Shown here piece after piece: positions 63,878 through 64,000 of a DNA stretch of 64,000 nt. Every line of letters begins with the position of its first letter. Positions within the stretch are counted from its first letter, which is position 1. This DNA is from Arenicellales bacterium (lineage in GTDB: Bacteria > Pseudomonadota > Gammaproteobacteria > Arenicellales > JAJDZL01), in assembly GCA_965200545.1 (NCBI GenBank), contig CBDAUJ010000005.1, positions 25,585-89,584 of the forward strand, in the 5' to 3' direction. The translations under genes and the position numbers were made by a program. Below the pieces are notes generated by a model. That model worked only from the letters and a program-made list of their open reading frames with translations. It did not search any database and was not told the DNA's origin.

Positions 63878-64000
63878 ATTTGCCGGCGTATCGGGCGGTC
63901 CTGGCGCTACTCGGATTTTTTGTCGGCACTGGCAGTCGCGTCGGTCAGCTGACCTAATGAGCGGGCGGTATTTTCCAAGAATATATTCTGGTCTTCCGAG

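Noticed and set aside
63907-64000. Possible 3' end of a minus-strand gene entering from the right edge
   Set aside because: Only ~30 codons are visible, too few to support a call.

Overview
This window comes from a proteobacterial chromosome, most likely a Gammaproteobacterium; a host-associated lifestyle is only an inference. Bases 1-13459 are a visibly AT-richer, decaying accessory island abutting the 3' end of tRNA-Lys(UUU). The island holds the end of an SF2 helicase, a GT-A glycosyltransferase, an IS1380 and an IS110-family (IS1111-type) element whose ends and downstream bridge-RNA-like region can be read directly. It also holds a fragmented Schlafen/AlbA_2 gene and two divergent copies of an unannotated module: a ~190 aa protein plus a small protein with an R...S...H pattern suggestive of an ADP-ribosyltransferase fold. 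One copy is preceded by a TIGR04255-like gene, and this three-gene unit is the best candidate for an undescribed toxin-antitoxin(-chaperone) or defence system. Bases ~13.9-64 kb are mostly intact housekeeping genes: cyt c5, ubiK, surA-lptD, amgK-murU, lipB, rlpA-mltB-rodA-mrdA-mreDCB, gatCAB, an agmatinase, gmk-yicC, bepA, a folK-folP fusion, a degP plus two-component cluster, gltBD, pyrF, hemE, rsmD, ftsYEX-rpoH and argF. Smaller oddities are a tRNA-Arg with a UCG anticodon, Rpn and Phd/VapC pseudogenes, a perfect CIRCE upstream of rpoH, a 21-bp coding tandem repeat and a 33-aa membrane peptide missed by the ORF track. All family calls come from motif recognition by eye; no database search was run.
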